Part shown: in pieces, positions 49,856 through 63,684 of the stretch
Position numbering within the stretch: position 1 is the stretch's first letter
Layout: each line of letters begins with the position of its first letter
Assembly (NCBI GenBank): GCA_965153285.1
Contig: OZ229122.1
Length of the DNA stretch: 64,000 nt
From: Podarcis tiliguerta
Taxonomy: Eukaryota
Direction: 5' to 3' (one strand)
The notes under the pieces: model-generated
Told to the model about the DNA's origin: nothing
What the model saw: only the letters and a program-made list of their open reading frames with translations
Database searches by the model: none
Program-made: the position numbers and the translations under genes

Positions 49856-52068
49856 ACACAGAGTTAAAGCCTGGACCTGTGCCTAGAATGCGGCACAAAA
49901 GGAAGTCTGGATGAGCCCTTTAGCACCATTTCTTAAGTTACAGAATGTAATGACCAGCTGAAATGGAAAGATTTAAAGGAAGAGATAAGCCAAATGTTGC
50001 TGATCTTCCAGTGGAGTCCATGAGGAAACACAGTACATAATTAGCATATTAAATTAATTGCCACAAAATATACAGTATGTTGTGGCCACTAGATTAGCCT
50101 GATATTTAAAGGACTGGACAGATTATAGAGATTTTTTTTTTTACTAAATATCAGCCATGACAGTTAAACAGAACTTTCCCATTCAAAGGCAGTGTGCCTA
50201 TTTATGCTGGAGATAAACAATGTTGACTTCATATGAGCTTCCTATCTAACTGGTCACTTCTAGACTCACTGGATGTTTGGTCAAAATTCATAGAGTTTGG
50301 TCAAAATTTGTAGTTTCTTATACTCGTATATGCTTCTTCTCAGTTTATGGCCGTTCATGGCAGAAAAATCAACTTTGTACCACCCCTCCACCATTTTAAT
50401 ATACATATTTTCCCTACATTGAGATTATCCCAATGTATAGAATTGATTTTAGAAGATTGTCAGTTGAAATGAACTCACTCTCATGCTTGACTTCATATTA
50501 AGAGGGCTGATAAATAGAATAGGCATGCAATTCAGGCTATTACCTGCTGCAAAACCTATCCTATGGCTGTGTGATTTCATAAATCATCTATGAGCAGCTT
50601 GGAAACTGACTTGAGAAGTTGCTCTAGCAATTGTGGTCCTTGTGGACAGTTGAACAGCCAGCTGGGACAAGTCAGACCTATGACAAAATGTTGCAGTGAA
50701 TCTTCCCCTTGAAGCACCATATTGTAAGGCAGAAGGCAGAAGGGGCTCCAGCAGACCACCCCCACCCTTCTCTCCTCTCTCCTTTTCATTGTTCTTTTCC
50801 AAGTAACACTCAATGGGCTATGGCTACTGAGCATACTCAGTTCTCATTGGGCTATGCAGGAGAGGTCCCCACATCTACCGGTGGTTTTTAGTATATCTAC
50901 TCCCCGGTTTCTCAGTGTCCCTTTTTGGCTCCAGTCCTGTTGGCACTTGCCACATGAGTTTTGCCATTCTAAGCAAGAGGCAAAAAACAGGAGGTGGTCT
51001 TTTTTTTTGGGGGGGGGGGTGTTTCACTTGGAGGTGAGGCCAGGCAGTTCTAAATACCAGCACTGAATAGGTTCAAAATGTGCAATAAGGAAGCCCCACT
51101 GGAGGATTTAAGAGGGTCTTATTAACTCCTACATCCCCGGGCAGGGTCCTTGTGTTTAAGAAATTGTGTCTCCAAAGCATAGTGTCGAGTCAGACATGAG
51201 AGAAGAGATGCTTGTCAAAAGGGATAGGAACAAGGCACTACAGAAATGGCGATAAGCGCCTTTTGTGGACCATTCTGGATATACCAAGGCATTTTGTCTC
51301 CAAAATGCAGCAGAAGGTCAAAGATGATACTGTGCTCCTTCCTCTGCACCCGCTGTCCATGTTAGGATGCAAGTGTGTATTAGGGCTTGGCAAGAAACTC
51401 CATCCATGTCTGGTTATTGAGGCCAACTAACATTTATTTGCCCCAGGCCTGCACAACTTGTGATCCAGCAAGCCAAGCACAGTCCGCCAGCCACATCCAC
51501 TGCTTTCCCAGTAGCTTGAGAAACCTCCTGTTTTTTGCCACTTGCTTGGAATAGCAAAAGCATGAGGGGGATTATCAAGCATGTAGCATATCACAACATG
51601 AGAGTAATGGGCTACATTCAGCATTGTGGATCAGAAATCATGGCTTCTGAGACATTGCTCTGCTATTTCCTAGTACTATTACTATGGTTGGTTTTTTGTG
51701 TACTGGATATAGAAATATGGAAGAAACTAATGAATCGTTACAAAAAAATGAGCTATACTAGTTTCTTGGGGCTGAATACAAAAGGCAGTGGAAGCAATGA
51801 TGACTCCATTTCTTTCTCACATTATTTACAGTTTCCCCAAATTAGCTTATTCCACCTACGTGGTAAAACGTTGTCATCCATTTTTTCCTACAAGCACACT
51901 GCCTAGTTTTATGTGTATTTTGGTACGTGACTGCACAAATCTCTGTGTATGTTTTTGTGCACCTTTTAAATAAATAACGAAAAACTTGGAGCTTCAGTGG
52001 CCTCAGCCAGCTGTGTTATAAATAATACATATTTGCCTCTTGATTCATTCCCCTTTTCATCCAAACAG

Positions 52069-52176
52069 GGGCTGTGTTGGTGCAGAGAATCCTGATGACC
52101 TGGACAATCCCTATGTAGATGTAATTGTTCACAGCAGAGTTCGAACTGCAGAACCACAATATGTGAAATCTTCCTA
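52069..52176 (+). CDS. SPATA48: SPATA48 coding exon 7 (GCVGAENPDDLDNPYVD...VKSS)
   Basis: 108 bp, phase 2-2, CAG/GTATGT sites; DD.DNP motif. Confidence 0.9.
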
Positions 52177-52776
52177 GTATGTAAACCTCAAGTTTCCTTT
52201 CTTGTATAGTAATTACTGATTGAGAACCTGAGAGACTCCATATCATGCTGCCAAGCAGGATTTAGGTTTATTTGGAACCAGAGCATATGGGACTGGATGC
52301 AGGTGACTCAACTACAGACTTCTAGGATAGTAAAGGTACCCCTGACCATTAGGTCCAGCCGTGAGCGACTCTGGGGTTGCATGCTCATCTCACTCTATAG
52401 GCCAGGAATCCCCTGGATACAGAGTAAACCAGAGTGTGTACACAGCCTTCATGCTTAAAGTCTTTTAAAAAAAAAGTTTTAAGGTGTAATGCTCAGATAT
52501 CTGATGGCTTTAGGAAGGTGACAGAGTGGGGAGCTCAGCCACATCCGTGGGTCTTGGAAGATGCCACCAGCATGACATAGGTGCCCATGGAGGAATCCTG
52601 ATGGAAAAAAGTGCTGGCAGAATACACACATTTGCCAAGCCTTACACCCCTTCATTTCCCCACCACTCCCAGGCAGACTGTGGAAATTTACAGCCACCCC
52701 AAAGCTGGTGTGAGGAATTCCACTCCCAATGACTTTGGGCTCACAGGAGACTTTAATGGTTTACTATGCATGGTGC

Positions 52777-53148
52777 GTAGTAAGGGACACGCGGGTGGCG
52801 CTGTGGGTTAAAGCCTCAGCGCCTAGGGCTTGCCGATCGAAAGGTCGGCGGTTCGAATCCCCGCGGCGGGGTGCGCTCCCGTTGTTTGGTCCCAGCGCCT
52901 GCCAACCTAGCAGTTCAAAAGCACTCCCGGGTGCAAGTAGATAAATAGGGACCACTTACTAGTGGGAAGGTAAACAGCGTTTCCGTGTGCGGCTCTGGCT
53001 CGCCAGAGCAGCGATGTCACGCTGGCCACGTGACCCAGAAGTGTCTCCGGACAGCGCTGGCCCCCGGCCTCTTGAGTGAGATGGGCGCACAACCCTAGAG
53101 TCTGTCAAGACTGGCCCGTATGGGCAGGGGTACCTTTACCTTTACCTT
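52777..53148 (+). mobile_element. Full-length Sauria SINE
   Basis: B-box GGTTCGAATCC, (ACCTTT)3 tail, TSD TATGCATGGTGC (52765-52776 / 53149-53160). Confidence 0.93.
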
Positions 53149-55679
53149 TATGCATGGTGCACAAAGGGAAATCCCACTTTACTGTCTCATTTGAAAGGCA
53201 AGTTATATGTGTGTACTGAAATGTAACTAAATATATATATATTCATTTCAATTATAAAATTGTCAGGTACGCTTTCAAAACTAAGAATTTTCCAGAGAAA
53301 CACAACCCTGTATTTCAGGGGGCTGGGCTAGACAGAATACCCTTTGGGTCCCCTCCAACAGTTCTATGATTCTTCACCATTAACAACACAAGAAGAAAAC
53401 ATGGGGTTATTTGAAATATACTCTCTGCCCAAGCAAAGTACCTCCATGTACTTTAGGTGTGGAGAGGACATTTGGCCACTAGAGGTCACCTGAAGATGCT
53501 AAAGGTTTACTGCTGTAAAAATGTTGGTTCCTTTAACTTTTCACACAGCTGCTAATCGTGCTTCTGCGGCATGCCATTTCTGAAAGATAGTCTTATATGA
53601 ACTAGAGAATCTTAGTAGTGGAGCATGCCAAAAGGAACAAGAAACCAGAAGAGGAATATTGTGCTACTGCCAAATAATCATTTTTAAACCGTGTGGGGAA
53701 CTCTGCTGTTCCTTGGAAGCCTCTTAGGGATTCCTGAATGAGGAGATCAGTTATGGCTTGCAAGCTTCCCTCTATGACAGCCTGCCATCTGCAGCAGAGT
53801 GGAAAGTGGCAAGGACAGGGCTTGCAGGGGGAGGCCAACTACACCCACTGCTGGTTGCAAGAGCAGTGGGAGGTGCCAGGGACACCACGGGGCCAATCCC
53901 AGGGCCCAGCTGTTGAAAGGAGCAAGTCTTGCCATAGATAACAGAACACTGTCAGTCAAAGCAACACCAAAGATCCTTTGGGGAGATCACAGAATTGTAG
54001 AGTTGGAAGGGACACCAAGAGTAACCTAGTCCAACCCCCTGCAATAAGGGGAGACATACACACGCACACACGTTGGTTTGGCACAGGGATTGGAGTTGGC
54101 TGGGTCTCTGGACACCAGATATCTGTGACTCCTGAGGTGAGAGCCTGGACAGGATTAGCTTTGGTGTGGTGGTATATTTCCTGGGTGAGAGACAGGAGGC
54201 CACTGGAGGAGGGGACTGCTATACTGAGCACTGGCCGCCTATTGCAGAAAATCTTTGGCCATCCCTTAATCAATTAAAGCTGATGGTGCTGCAGGGTGGT
54301 TTGGTTTGGTTTGGTTTTGCAGCATCACACTTTAAGTTGGGTGGGGAACCTCTGGCCCAGGATACAGCCCTGCAGGCCTCTCTGTCGGACCCTCAAAATT
54401 CTCCCCAGGGTTAGCCCATTAGCTCATTAGCCCTGCTTGGCACCAGTTGTTTCTGCATGGCTTGGATGTGCCTGTTCCTTTCGTTTGAAGTTAGAGAGGG
54501 GTGTGCGTGTCACTGGACAAAGGCAGTCTTGGTCTGTCACTCCTGCAACCAACGGAGAGGAAAGAGGCAGCCCCCTTGCTCAGGCGAAGGCAAGCGTGCA
54601 GGCAGGCAAGCAGATGGGAGAGCACCTTCTTAGGCTCCCTTGGCTGAGGCTGGGCTGCGGGGGGAGGGAGGGAGGGATCAGGCAGGAGCTCCTTCACCTG
54701 AGTCAGCAGCAGCCTCCTTCCCTTCCTCCTGGTCGCTTCTCCCTCCCTCCCCAGCCCAGCTGCTTTCTCAGCATTATTTCAGGCATCGTGATATATCACT
54801 ATATCACCATGGTTAGCTGGTGATATATCACTATGTTGAAAAACAGATATTGCCTAGCCCTAAAGGTGAGGTCTTGCACTTGGAACATGGTCCTTTTCTG
54901 TTATTAGATACTTTTATTTCTTCTATATCTGCACTCCATTGCTGCTTGGCACTTAGGCAGTTTTACACAGGGTTGTTCATTACTGCATTTGTTGACTGTT
55001 GCTTGATTGAGAGGAGATGGCGTTGTGTGCCTCGGCTAGGTCCGGGATTCCATTTTTGTAGTGACAAGCATGGGGCCGGTATGACAGTGGGGTACAGTGA
55101 GAGAGTTTTTAATCTATCATTCCTTCTGCACTTGTCATGATTTGGTAGAGCGTGCCAACCAATCCCCTTCTGGTGATGCCACTAACCTCCAGGGTGGTCC
55201 AAAACAAGTGATCTGTCATTCATGATCTGATCATGGGTGAGTGGGCTGACTTGGCATGAGGGGGCTGTGATGACTCAGCACTGCCCCCCCCAGGTACTTG
55301 GTGCAACACCAACCCAGCCAGCCCAGGGGGGCAGGGTGCAAGGCACTGTCATCCATAACATTTCCATTGCTCTCACCAGGAGGCCAGCTTGCTCTGACTG
55401 ATTTCAGGGGTTGTTCCCGGTGTTGGGCCCAAGATGATGTTGGTGTATAGCCCACCCAAATGCACCGCATTTGTGCTGTGGTGGCCTTGTCATGGGCTAG
55501 CTCGCGATTTCATGGTCTCTATGACAACCATGGAGCTATCTCAATATGTCACAGGCCTGACTGATACATAGATGTGGCAGGGCAGCTGTTTGGTCTGCAG
55601 AGTTGGCTGGCACAGATCCAGTGTTAGGAGGGCTTGGGGAGACCAATGTTATGGACAGATCATTCCCCGGTGAGATTTT

Positions 55680-56441
55680 TTTTTTTTTTAATAAATAATT
55701 TTTATTCACTTTCCAATAAACATTTTTTCCAAATTTAACATTTGTTTTGACATAAACATCTTTTTTGACTTCCATCAGCCTATCTGAGAATTCTCCATAC
55801 TCTCACTACGTCTCACATTTCTTACATTTATATTGCACATTATATCTCTTAATCTTAACCTTTCTTTTTAAACAACATTTCTATCAGTCTTTTTCACAAA
55901 GCCTCCTGAAAGCCAACAAGCGTTAGTTGCTCCTCACATTCAGTTTTGATATATTCTGTAAATTTACTCCAGTCCTCGGAAAATCTCTGATCACGTTGGT
56001 TCCTTATTTTTCCAGTCAATTTGTCCATCTCTGCATACTCCATCAATTTCATTCTCCATTCTTCCTTGGTCGGCATTTCTTCCTGCTTCCATTTCTGGGC
56101 CATCAAAATTCTTGCTGCTGTCACTGCATATCTAAACAGTTTCACATCTTTCTTACTAATTTCATTCCCTACTATCCCAAGTAGAAATGCTTCTGGTTTC
56201 TTGATAAATGTATATTTCAACATTTTCTTCATCTCATTATAAATCATTTCCCAAAAGCATTTCACTTTTTTACATTCCCACCACATGTGGTAAAATGTTC
56301 CCTCTTTTTCTTTACATTTCCAACATTTGTTACAGATTTTATACATCTTACCAAGTTTCACTGGTGTTACGTACCATCTATACATCATTTTCATTACGTT
56401 TTCTTTTATTGTAGTACATGCAGTGAATTTCATTCCCTCCT
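55680..56441 (-). mobile_element. Young 5'-truncated L1 (ORF2 cysteine-rich C-terminus, 3' UTR, polyA)
   Basis: 179-aa ORF with CWKCKEKEGTFYHMWWEC; polyA; 18-bp TSD ATTCCCCGGTGAGATTTT. Confidence 0.93.
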
Positions 56442-57225
56442 ATTCCCCGGTGAGATTTTGGCTGACTGGCAGTGTCCCCCAGCATGGATTGTTATGGATG
56501 AATGGAATCTGGTGCATTCCTTGTTGTCATGGCCAGTGCTCCTGCCAAGGCTGTGGTCTTGCTATGGAAGTGCAGAATGGGCAGGGCCAGGGATACAATG
56601 CTTTTCATGTGCCCTAAATGGCTTGTAACAGCAGTTGGGAGATATTGCTTTTAAGAATAGTCCTCATGATGACCTAAATGTCAGAGAAACCCCAAAATAT
56701 AAATAGCAGTAGAAACCCTTCTTCCCACCTATGGTGCGGTTTGACGTTTTATCTGGATATAATACTTATATCTGCTTATGCTGTATATCTCAAAATAGTA
56801 TTGTTTTTTTGTAGTAAAAGTTCAAAACATAGGTGCTGCTGTCTACATTTACCCTAGTAGAGTTTCTGGTTTCCCCCCAATTTATTTTCTATTTATATTT
56901 TTCCTTAGTTATATAGTTATATTCTTCCAGTACTAAGCATACCTGAAGCTACTGAATCCAATGATCTTAATTTATTCAAATCCAGTGCTTTTCACTGGGT
57001 CTACCATAATACCCAACTTTTCCTCTAACTTTAAACAACTGCTGCTCTCAATCTCATGCCTAGTTTTCAAATTAGCAGGGTCTCTTTTTTTAGCTTGATT
57101 GGTGCAACTTGTCATGAGCGTGATGAGAAGCTGCATCTGCAAAATTCTCTTTTTACACAACAATTTAAGGCACGGAAACCCTGTCGTCTTCTGCACCTGC
57201 ATGCTGCTACCTCGATACCCTAGAT

Positions 57226-57360
57226 CAGGCATAGACAAACATGGCCCTCCAGATGTTTTGGGACAACAACGCTATCATCCCTAGCTAACAGGACCAGTGG
57301 TCAGGGATGATGGGAGTTGTAGTCCCAAAACATCTGGAGGGCCGAGTTTGCCTATGCCTG
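57226..57360. mobile_element. hAT MITE
   Basis: CAGGCATAG...CTATGCCTG TIRs; perfect 8-bp TSD CCCTAGAT. Confidence 0.93.
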
Positions 57361-58996
57361 CCCTAGATACGCTCCCAATGAATGGATTTGTAGAGGAGTT
57401 GCTGGACTACGTTCCCATCATCACTCATCACTGATCAGTGATCAAGCTGGGCTGAGGCTGATGGGCATTGGAGTTCAGAAACATCTGCAAGGCCACACAG
57501 TAAGCAGAAACCTCTATTTTACAGGAAGTTGTATCTGGTAATCTGAACCCCTCTGTTCCTTATATATTAAACAGAAAAAACATACTATTAATTTTTCATT
57601 GGCAAACAACAAATGATTCACACACATAAACATAATTGCACAGACTTGATATTTAGCACATTTCTCAGCTTCATTTAGCTGTATCTTATCCTTTTTTCTG
57701 CTCCCCCTCCCCACAATGCTGCACTGAGGTTACAGCACTCAAGAAACTTTGTTCTGCAGGTGTTCTAAGTCAATGGGGGAGAAGCGTCACTAAAGATGGG
57801 GCTTTCCTGTGGAACATTCATGGGAAGGAAGAGGGAGGGCCATGCAACTCTTAGCCAAATGTCATTTCAACAACTACAAATTCCTTTTCATTACAAGTGC
57901 TGCTAACACATCATTGCTTTGTGTGACAATGCTCAGTGCTAGCAAATCTCAAGTGCCCTGCTCTCTAGGCCTGGTGCATGCATGCATATCATTAAATTTA
58001 TCTATGTTGCACCGTGGCAGGGCTGGCCCAAGACATTTTGACCCCCAAGGCAAACCACAAAATGGCGCCCCCCTCTCTGTCAGGGCAGAAGGGGTGAGTG
58101 AAGATGTACATCAGGAACAAGGACAAAATAAATATCTCTATTGGGATCTGCTGCCCAAGTGGATCCTGCCACTGGAGGCAGTTGCCTCACCTTGCCTCAT
58201 GGGTGGGCCTGCATTGCATCACAGTACACTTGAAGACTAGCTAAACCTGAAGTTAAAATTTCCATGCTGGGGATACAAAACAAGTTTCCCAGCCTCTCAT
58301 GTGATTGGATGCTGATTATTGAGCAATGTATCACAATAGCAATCAGGAATTTATCACATCATAAATTGAGAAATCCTAGATATGGGAAGGGGGAAGAGAG
58401 ACACAAGTCCACTTAGCCTTCCTGGTGTGGCAGCGTTGCAGGTGAGTGACGCCTCCCCAGCCTGGATCCAACGTGGTCTTTGGTTGCTGGGCCTGCCCAG
58501 CTGGCAGGTTCCCTGTTGGCTTGTCACTACCCCAACTTCTGCCATTTGAGCTAGAAAAGGCAACCGTTTACACTAGACAGAGCTTTGGGTCTTAATTTGC
58601 AAAATTCACTAGCTCTGGCAAACGGGGCTTGCTCACCACTGTAACCCGGACAACAATCTAGTAGTGATTATCAACCTGCTAGGTATTTGCCCATCAGTTT
58701 GGGAGACAGAGATGAATTTGATGCTTCAATTTTAGTGGCAGTTTCCAATGCTTTCGATGCCATCAAAACAATTATTAATTGTCTGTATTTTTATCTATTT
58801 CTCATTATGTATTTATATATTATCTTTCTCCCCACCCCTGTCTCCTGTTGTTGTTTTGATAACTCTCTACTGTATTTTATGTTTATGGCCAAATAAACTG
58901 AACCTGAAATTTATTTTTTGCCCACAGACTAGACAATTTGTATGCACAAATTCATTCTACATGTATGTAGTTCTGTTGCTTGAATCTAATTTGTAC

Positions 58997-59747
58997 TGTC
59001 AGGGCTGGCTCCTGGTCCCAGCTCACAGAGGACCAACGCTGGCTGGTATTTATGTACAAAAGTCTTTATTGAAGTACAGTATCCATTTCCACTCCGCAGC
59101 GCTCCAGCTCTACGTCTAGGCTTTAGACCGGCGAAGCTCCATCTGAGTCTCCGCCCCCTGTACACCAGTTTAAGACTCTAGCTTTACTCCACCTCTTCTT
59201 TCTCCTCTGGGTCCTGCTGCCCTCCGGGGCCCCTGTCTCCCTGGATTCTTCTGAGGCTGACGATGACCCCCCTGACTCCTCCCGCTCTCTTCGGCGGGCT
59301 TTAGGACCTGGCTCTCTTCCCGGGCTGCCAACTGTGCCTCCCTCCTGTACATTTGAACTTGGCGCGCGCGCGTGTTTAACTTTCCTGATGACCGTTTCCT
59401 CACTCCCCGACGGAGGTGTGGTCAATCCTGCCTCATGTTCTCCCGCTGGCAGCGCGCCACCTGATCCCGATGCCTGGGACTCCTCCCCCCTACTGCACTC
59501 TGGGGGGGACGTGGGCCCGGATTTCCAACTGCTACTCTCTGAGTCCCCTCTGCCCCCTTCTTCCCGAGGTGTTCCCCTGGGCACTCCCCTTGCCCTGACC
59601 ATGGGAGCTCCTTTCTGTGAATCGTCCGATTCACTGGAAAGGCTCAGAGACCTCGGATCGCTGTCATCACTGACATTTCCTTCGGACTCCTCCCCTTCAC
59701 TCTCCATTTCCTCCTTATCCTGTGCCTCTGCTCCTGAACCCCTGACA
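58997..59747 (-). mobile_element. Solo LTR, 751 bp (probably Gypsy or Bel type)
   Basis: TGTCAGGG...CCCTGACA termini, perfect 5-bp TSD TGTAC, AATAAA on the minus strand ~59066-59071. Confidence 0.9.
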
Positions 59748-60469
59748 TGTACATTGGTACATAAGATTCTTTGCTGCTTTATTGTGCTGCTTTATTTTTC
59801 AAATGGGCCTTGTGCTGTCATTTTATGCTTTAGAGCTGTATGTGGGAAATTCCATATCCATGAAAATACAGCTGCCAAGAGTATGTGGCAGTATCTAATA
59901 TCAGTTCTTCTAGAATCAGATGGTATTCCATTAGTGCAAAATGTTGCCCATGGAAAAAAGTGAGAAATCTGATATTGGGGTGTAAAATACAAATATGTGG
60001 AATTTTGCATCCTTCTGTATCTGTGCAGGATAGGGCCTGCCGTCTAGCTCCCAGCTGAGGTGGCCTGTTCCCCCCTCCATCTGCCACTAGCGGCTACTTG
60101 ACCATTTTGCCCTGCATAGAGGAGAGATCTGGCTTTCAAAAAACCCTTCACTCCCCACCCTTGTAGCTTTCCTTGACTGTTTTTGTTTAGCTGATATTTA
60201 ATTGTTTTTATAGTTTAATGTAAATTACTTTGTGAGGTTAAACTGAAAAGTGGTATAAAAGTATATTAAATGTCAACAAGATCCTCATCTAAAGTGATTG
60301 AGTTTTATGAAGATGAGTGGAATAACAATTTTCATTTAGGAAGTAGCCTGGTATTTTCCTGCTGCTGCATCATCTTTTCTCTCCCCACCCACCTCAGATG
60401 CAACAACAAAAGCTTTTGCCTTAATTAGAGCTATCAAGAAGTCATTATTTCAAGCCTGTGCCCATTTAA

Positions 60470-60613
<144 letters not shown>

Positions 60614-61219
60614 TAAGTGTGAGGCACATTACTTAATTTGCTCAGATACATTAGAATTCTAATTATGGTTATTTCATTAAAGAACAATTAAATATTAAGC
60701 ACAACATTTCTTTGGTTTTGAAAAATTTGGAGTCAAAACCCATAAGAAAAGCTTTCAAAATTATTTGACATCTGCTGTAGTTTTCAGATTCCTTTGTATT
60801 TCCTTTGAAATTTGTATTCTTTCCCTTTGAAAACAGAGAGAGAGGGGGAAAGAATTCTAAAGCATGGAGGGTAAAACTGGGCTTCTCCAGATGACCTATT
60901 TATTGAGCCATCATCCTGCCTTGCTAGCTCAGAGTTTTCACAGAGCTCAGCTTGTATGTGGTCCTCACAGAGCATTCATTCTGATGTGTTGGTGAGCAGT
61001 GGGGGTTATACAACAACGAGCATTCCTCTTTTTTTGCTTGCAGGCTGTTTATCTGTCTTCCTAGGAATTACTCCTTCATACCACACTTTTCAATGCATTT
61101 TCCTATTACTTCCTAACCACAATAAGTTGCATGTTTTTAAAATGGATTAGTTGGGCTGAAGCAACAAAGCCCTTTAATTCACTTTAATTGCCGAAAACTA
61201 AAATTCTGGTATGTACATG

Positions 61220-61592
61220 AAGTCCTCCCACAATATACTGCCAGTCTGCCTGAAGGAGCATCTCCACCCCTGTCGTTCTGCCCAGACACTGAGGTCCAGC
61301 GCCGAGGGCCTTCCAGCGGTTCCCTCACTGCGAGAAGTGAGGTTACAGGGAACCAGGCAGAGGGCCTTCTTGGTAGTGGCACCTGCCTTGTGGAATGCTC
61401 TCCCATCAGATGTCAAGGAAATAAACAACTATCTGACTTTTAGAAGACATCTGAAGGCAGCCCTGTTTAGGGAAGTGTTTTTTATGTTCCATGTTTTATC
61501 GTGTTTTTAATATTCTGTTTGGGGCTGCCCAGAGTGAGTGGGGAAACCCAGCCAGATGGGTGGGGTAATAATAATAATAATAATAATAATAA
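61220..61592 (+). mobile_element. L2-type LINE 3' fragment
   Basis: RAFLVVAPALWNALP....F.RHLKA.LF C-terminus; (TAA)n tail. Confidence 0.85.
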
Positions 61593-62170
61593 CGTATACT
61601 CTGGAAGCACCCTATGTGTCATATAGTTTAATGCCATTTGTGTGTGTTTTAAAGTGTAAATTTCTCAATGGCTGCTATCAGGCTTGTGAACATGGCACTT
61701 GGAATGGGGGTTAACTCTTCCCTCCATATCGTGATCCTGAAACTTTTAGGCATCAGAAGTTTACCCCAGAGTGGTGGCAGAGGGACTCGGGAGCGGCAGT
61801 GGCGGCTTCACCTGTGCTATTCCACTGGGTGAAGCAGCCACCCCCCTTGGCCCTCGTACCAGTCCTGGGCAATGTATCGGTGCAACACCCAAGCCTAGTG
61901 TGTACTCGCATGGCTTGGGTCAGGCGTGTGTGTCTTTTTCACCTGACTGCCTTCCCTTCAAGCTAGGCAACAACTGGGGCAGAAAGAGCCACACCACTGA
62001 CCCCAAACACGGGGTGCCTCTGTTTATTTGCACGCATGACACAGCAGTGCAAGATCACGCCAGGAGGAAGCAGCTCTTATGCCTCTGCAGGTCAGAGGGA
62101 ATGACTGTTCTTGCTCATTAAATTTCTATACGGCCCTTTGTACAAAGATCACAGGGAGGTTTACTGTATA

Positions 62171-62396
62171 CAGTGGTACCTCTGGTTATGAACGCTTTGG
62201 GTTACAAACTCCGCTAACCCAGAAGTAGCTGCTCCTGGTTGCGAACTTTGCCCCAGGATATGAAAGGAAATCGTGCACCGGAGGCGCTTGTGCAGCGGGA
62301 GGCCCCATTAGCGAAAGCGCACCTCAGGATAAGAACGGTTTCAGCTTAAGAACGGAGTTCCAGAATGAATTAAGTTCGCAACCAGAGGTACCACTG
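62171..62396. mobile_element. Tigger-like MITE
   Basis: TA|CAGTGGTACCTCTGGTT...AACCAGAGGTACCACTG|TA. Confidence 0.9.
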
Positions 62397-62560
62397 TAAC
62401 TATATAGCATAATAACAAAGAAAAACAACAACCCCTTACAGTCTACAGTTGTTTGGAATACCAGCAAGTTCTACCCACTGTCTCTTGGTGTCAGTAGTGA
62501 TTGTGACCTTGAAATTCACATTCAGGTGAGAAAGATGCTTGTCTCCTCTTGTGATTGCAG

Positions 62561-62684
62561 TTACCTGGCTAAGCATGGGCAACCATCTGAATTTCCGCAT
62601 CTGGGGCCTTTGTCACAGACCCTTGTACCCACTGAACCTCAAAATCCTTTCAATAAGAAGGAGAAAAAAAGAATTGAACTTTGA
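62561..62684 (+). CDS. SPATA48: SPATA48 last coding exon (YLAKHG...PQNPFNKKEKKRIEL*)
   Basis: CAG acceptor, NPFNKK motif, TGA 62682-62684; the nine exons sum to 1245 nt in frame. Confidence 0.92.
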
Positions 62685-63129
62685 AAGAATATCTGTCTCT
62701 GACGGCACAACTCCAAGCTTTAAGAGATAATGGGAAACAAGCAAGGCTGTGGAATGAATGCCTTCTTCAAGAATGGTCAAGAAACAAAACTTCATGAGGG
62801 CATGCCTTCTGTATATTCCAAACGACCATTTCAAGCATACACCGATTAATGCATTTCTTTTTTAATGTACTTTCTCTCTTCGTGTTCATTAACATTTCCT
62901 CATGCCCGGCTGCAGAGGCCACGCGTGTCTGAGGTGCTTCATGCTGTTCAGCCCACACCAGTTGTGAGGCCGCTGGCATTGCTTCAACTGCTGGGGGATC
63001 AACAGGCCTGCCCGATATGCCACCCATCTGCTGCCAGGTGGGACTCCTGTGTGTGCCCTCAAATAATGTTAAACTGATCTTATACTGCAATCATTACTTT
63101 GGGTCCTGTGGAATGTTTTGATTGACTTA

Positions 63130-63135
63130 AATAAA
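63130..63135 (+). promoter_or_regulatory. Candidate SPATA48 polyadenylation signal AATAAA
   Basis: Canonical hexamer ~450 bp after the stop codon, followed by T-rich sequence. Confidence 0.5.
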
Positions 63136-63684
63136 GAGATATTTTTATGAATGTAGCCTAATGTGGAGCATTTTTGCCTTTACCATGTCTGCTCAGCTAA
63201 TTGTGCCTGAATTTAGCCTGCCAGCCACACAAGAGCCTGTTTCTTCAGCCTCCTTGGAGGAGGCTGGCCACAGTGCATGCAGGTGGAAAGCACTGGACTC
63301 GACAGGTCAGAACTTGTGCAGCAGTCTCTCTAGTCCGTACAAAACGTCATGCTTTGTTCCAGGAGCCACGTTTTTTGAAATGCTTCTCAGAAGGTCCCTA
63401 ATCCTAGTTTTACAGCCCCCTATTACTGTCGTCTTTTCCATATGTATGTTGAATTTATGAATGTTTACCCATTCTCCACCTTGTTCCTTGTTATTACAAT
63501 CTTCCCCCCTCCAACACTTCAAAAGAATTAAGCAGAATTTGCACATTCACCCCACTCCAGCATTTTAAGTCCCTGTTGTTCTAAATATGTGCTTTCATTT
63601 TCTTTCTCTCATTATTATCTCTGGCCCAGCAGGTTTTGTATGTTATAGATTACTGACGTGCAATCCTCTGCCTGTATTTCAGTG

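Noticed and set aside
59334-59963. 209-aa plus-strand ORF
   Set aside because: Antisense shadow of the GC-rich LTR; crosses the TSD into unrelated intron sequence.
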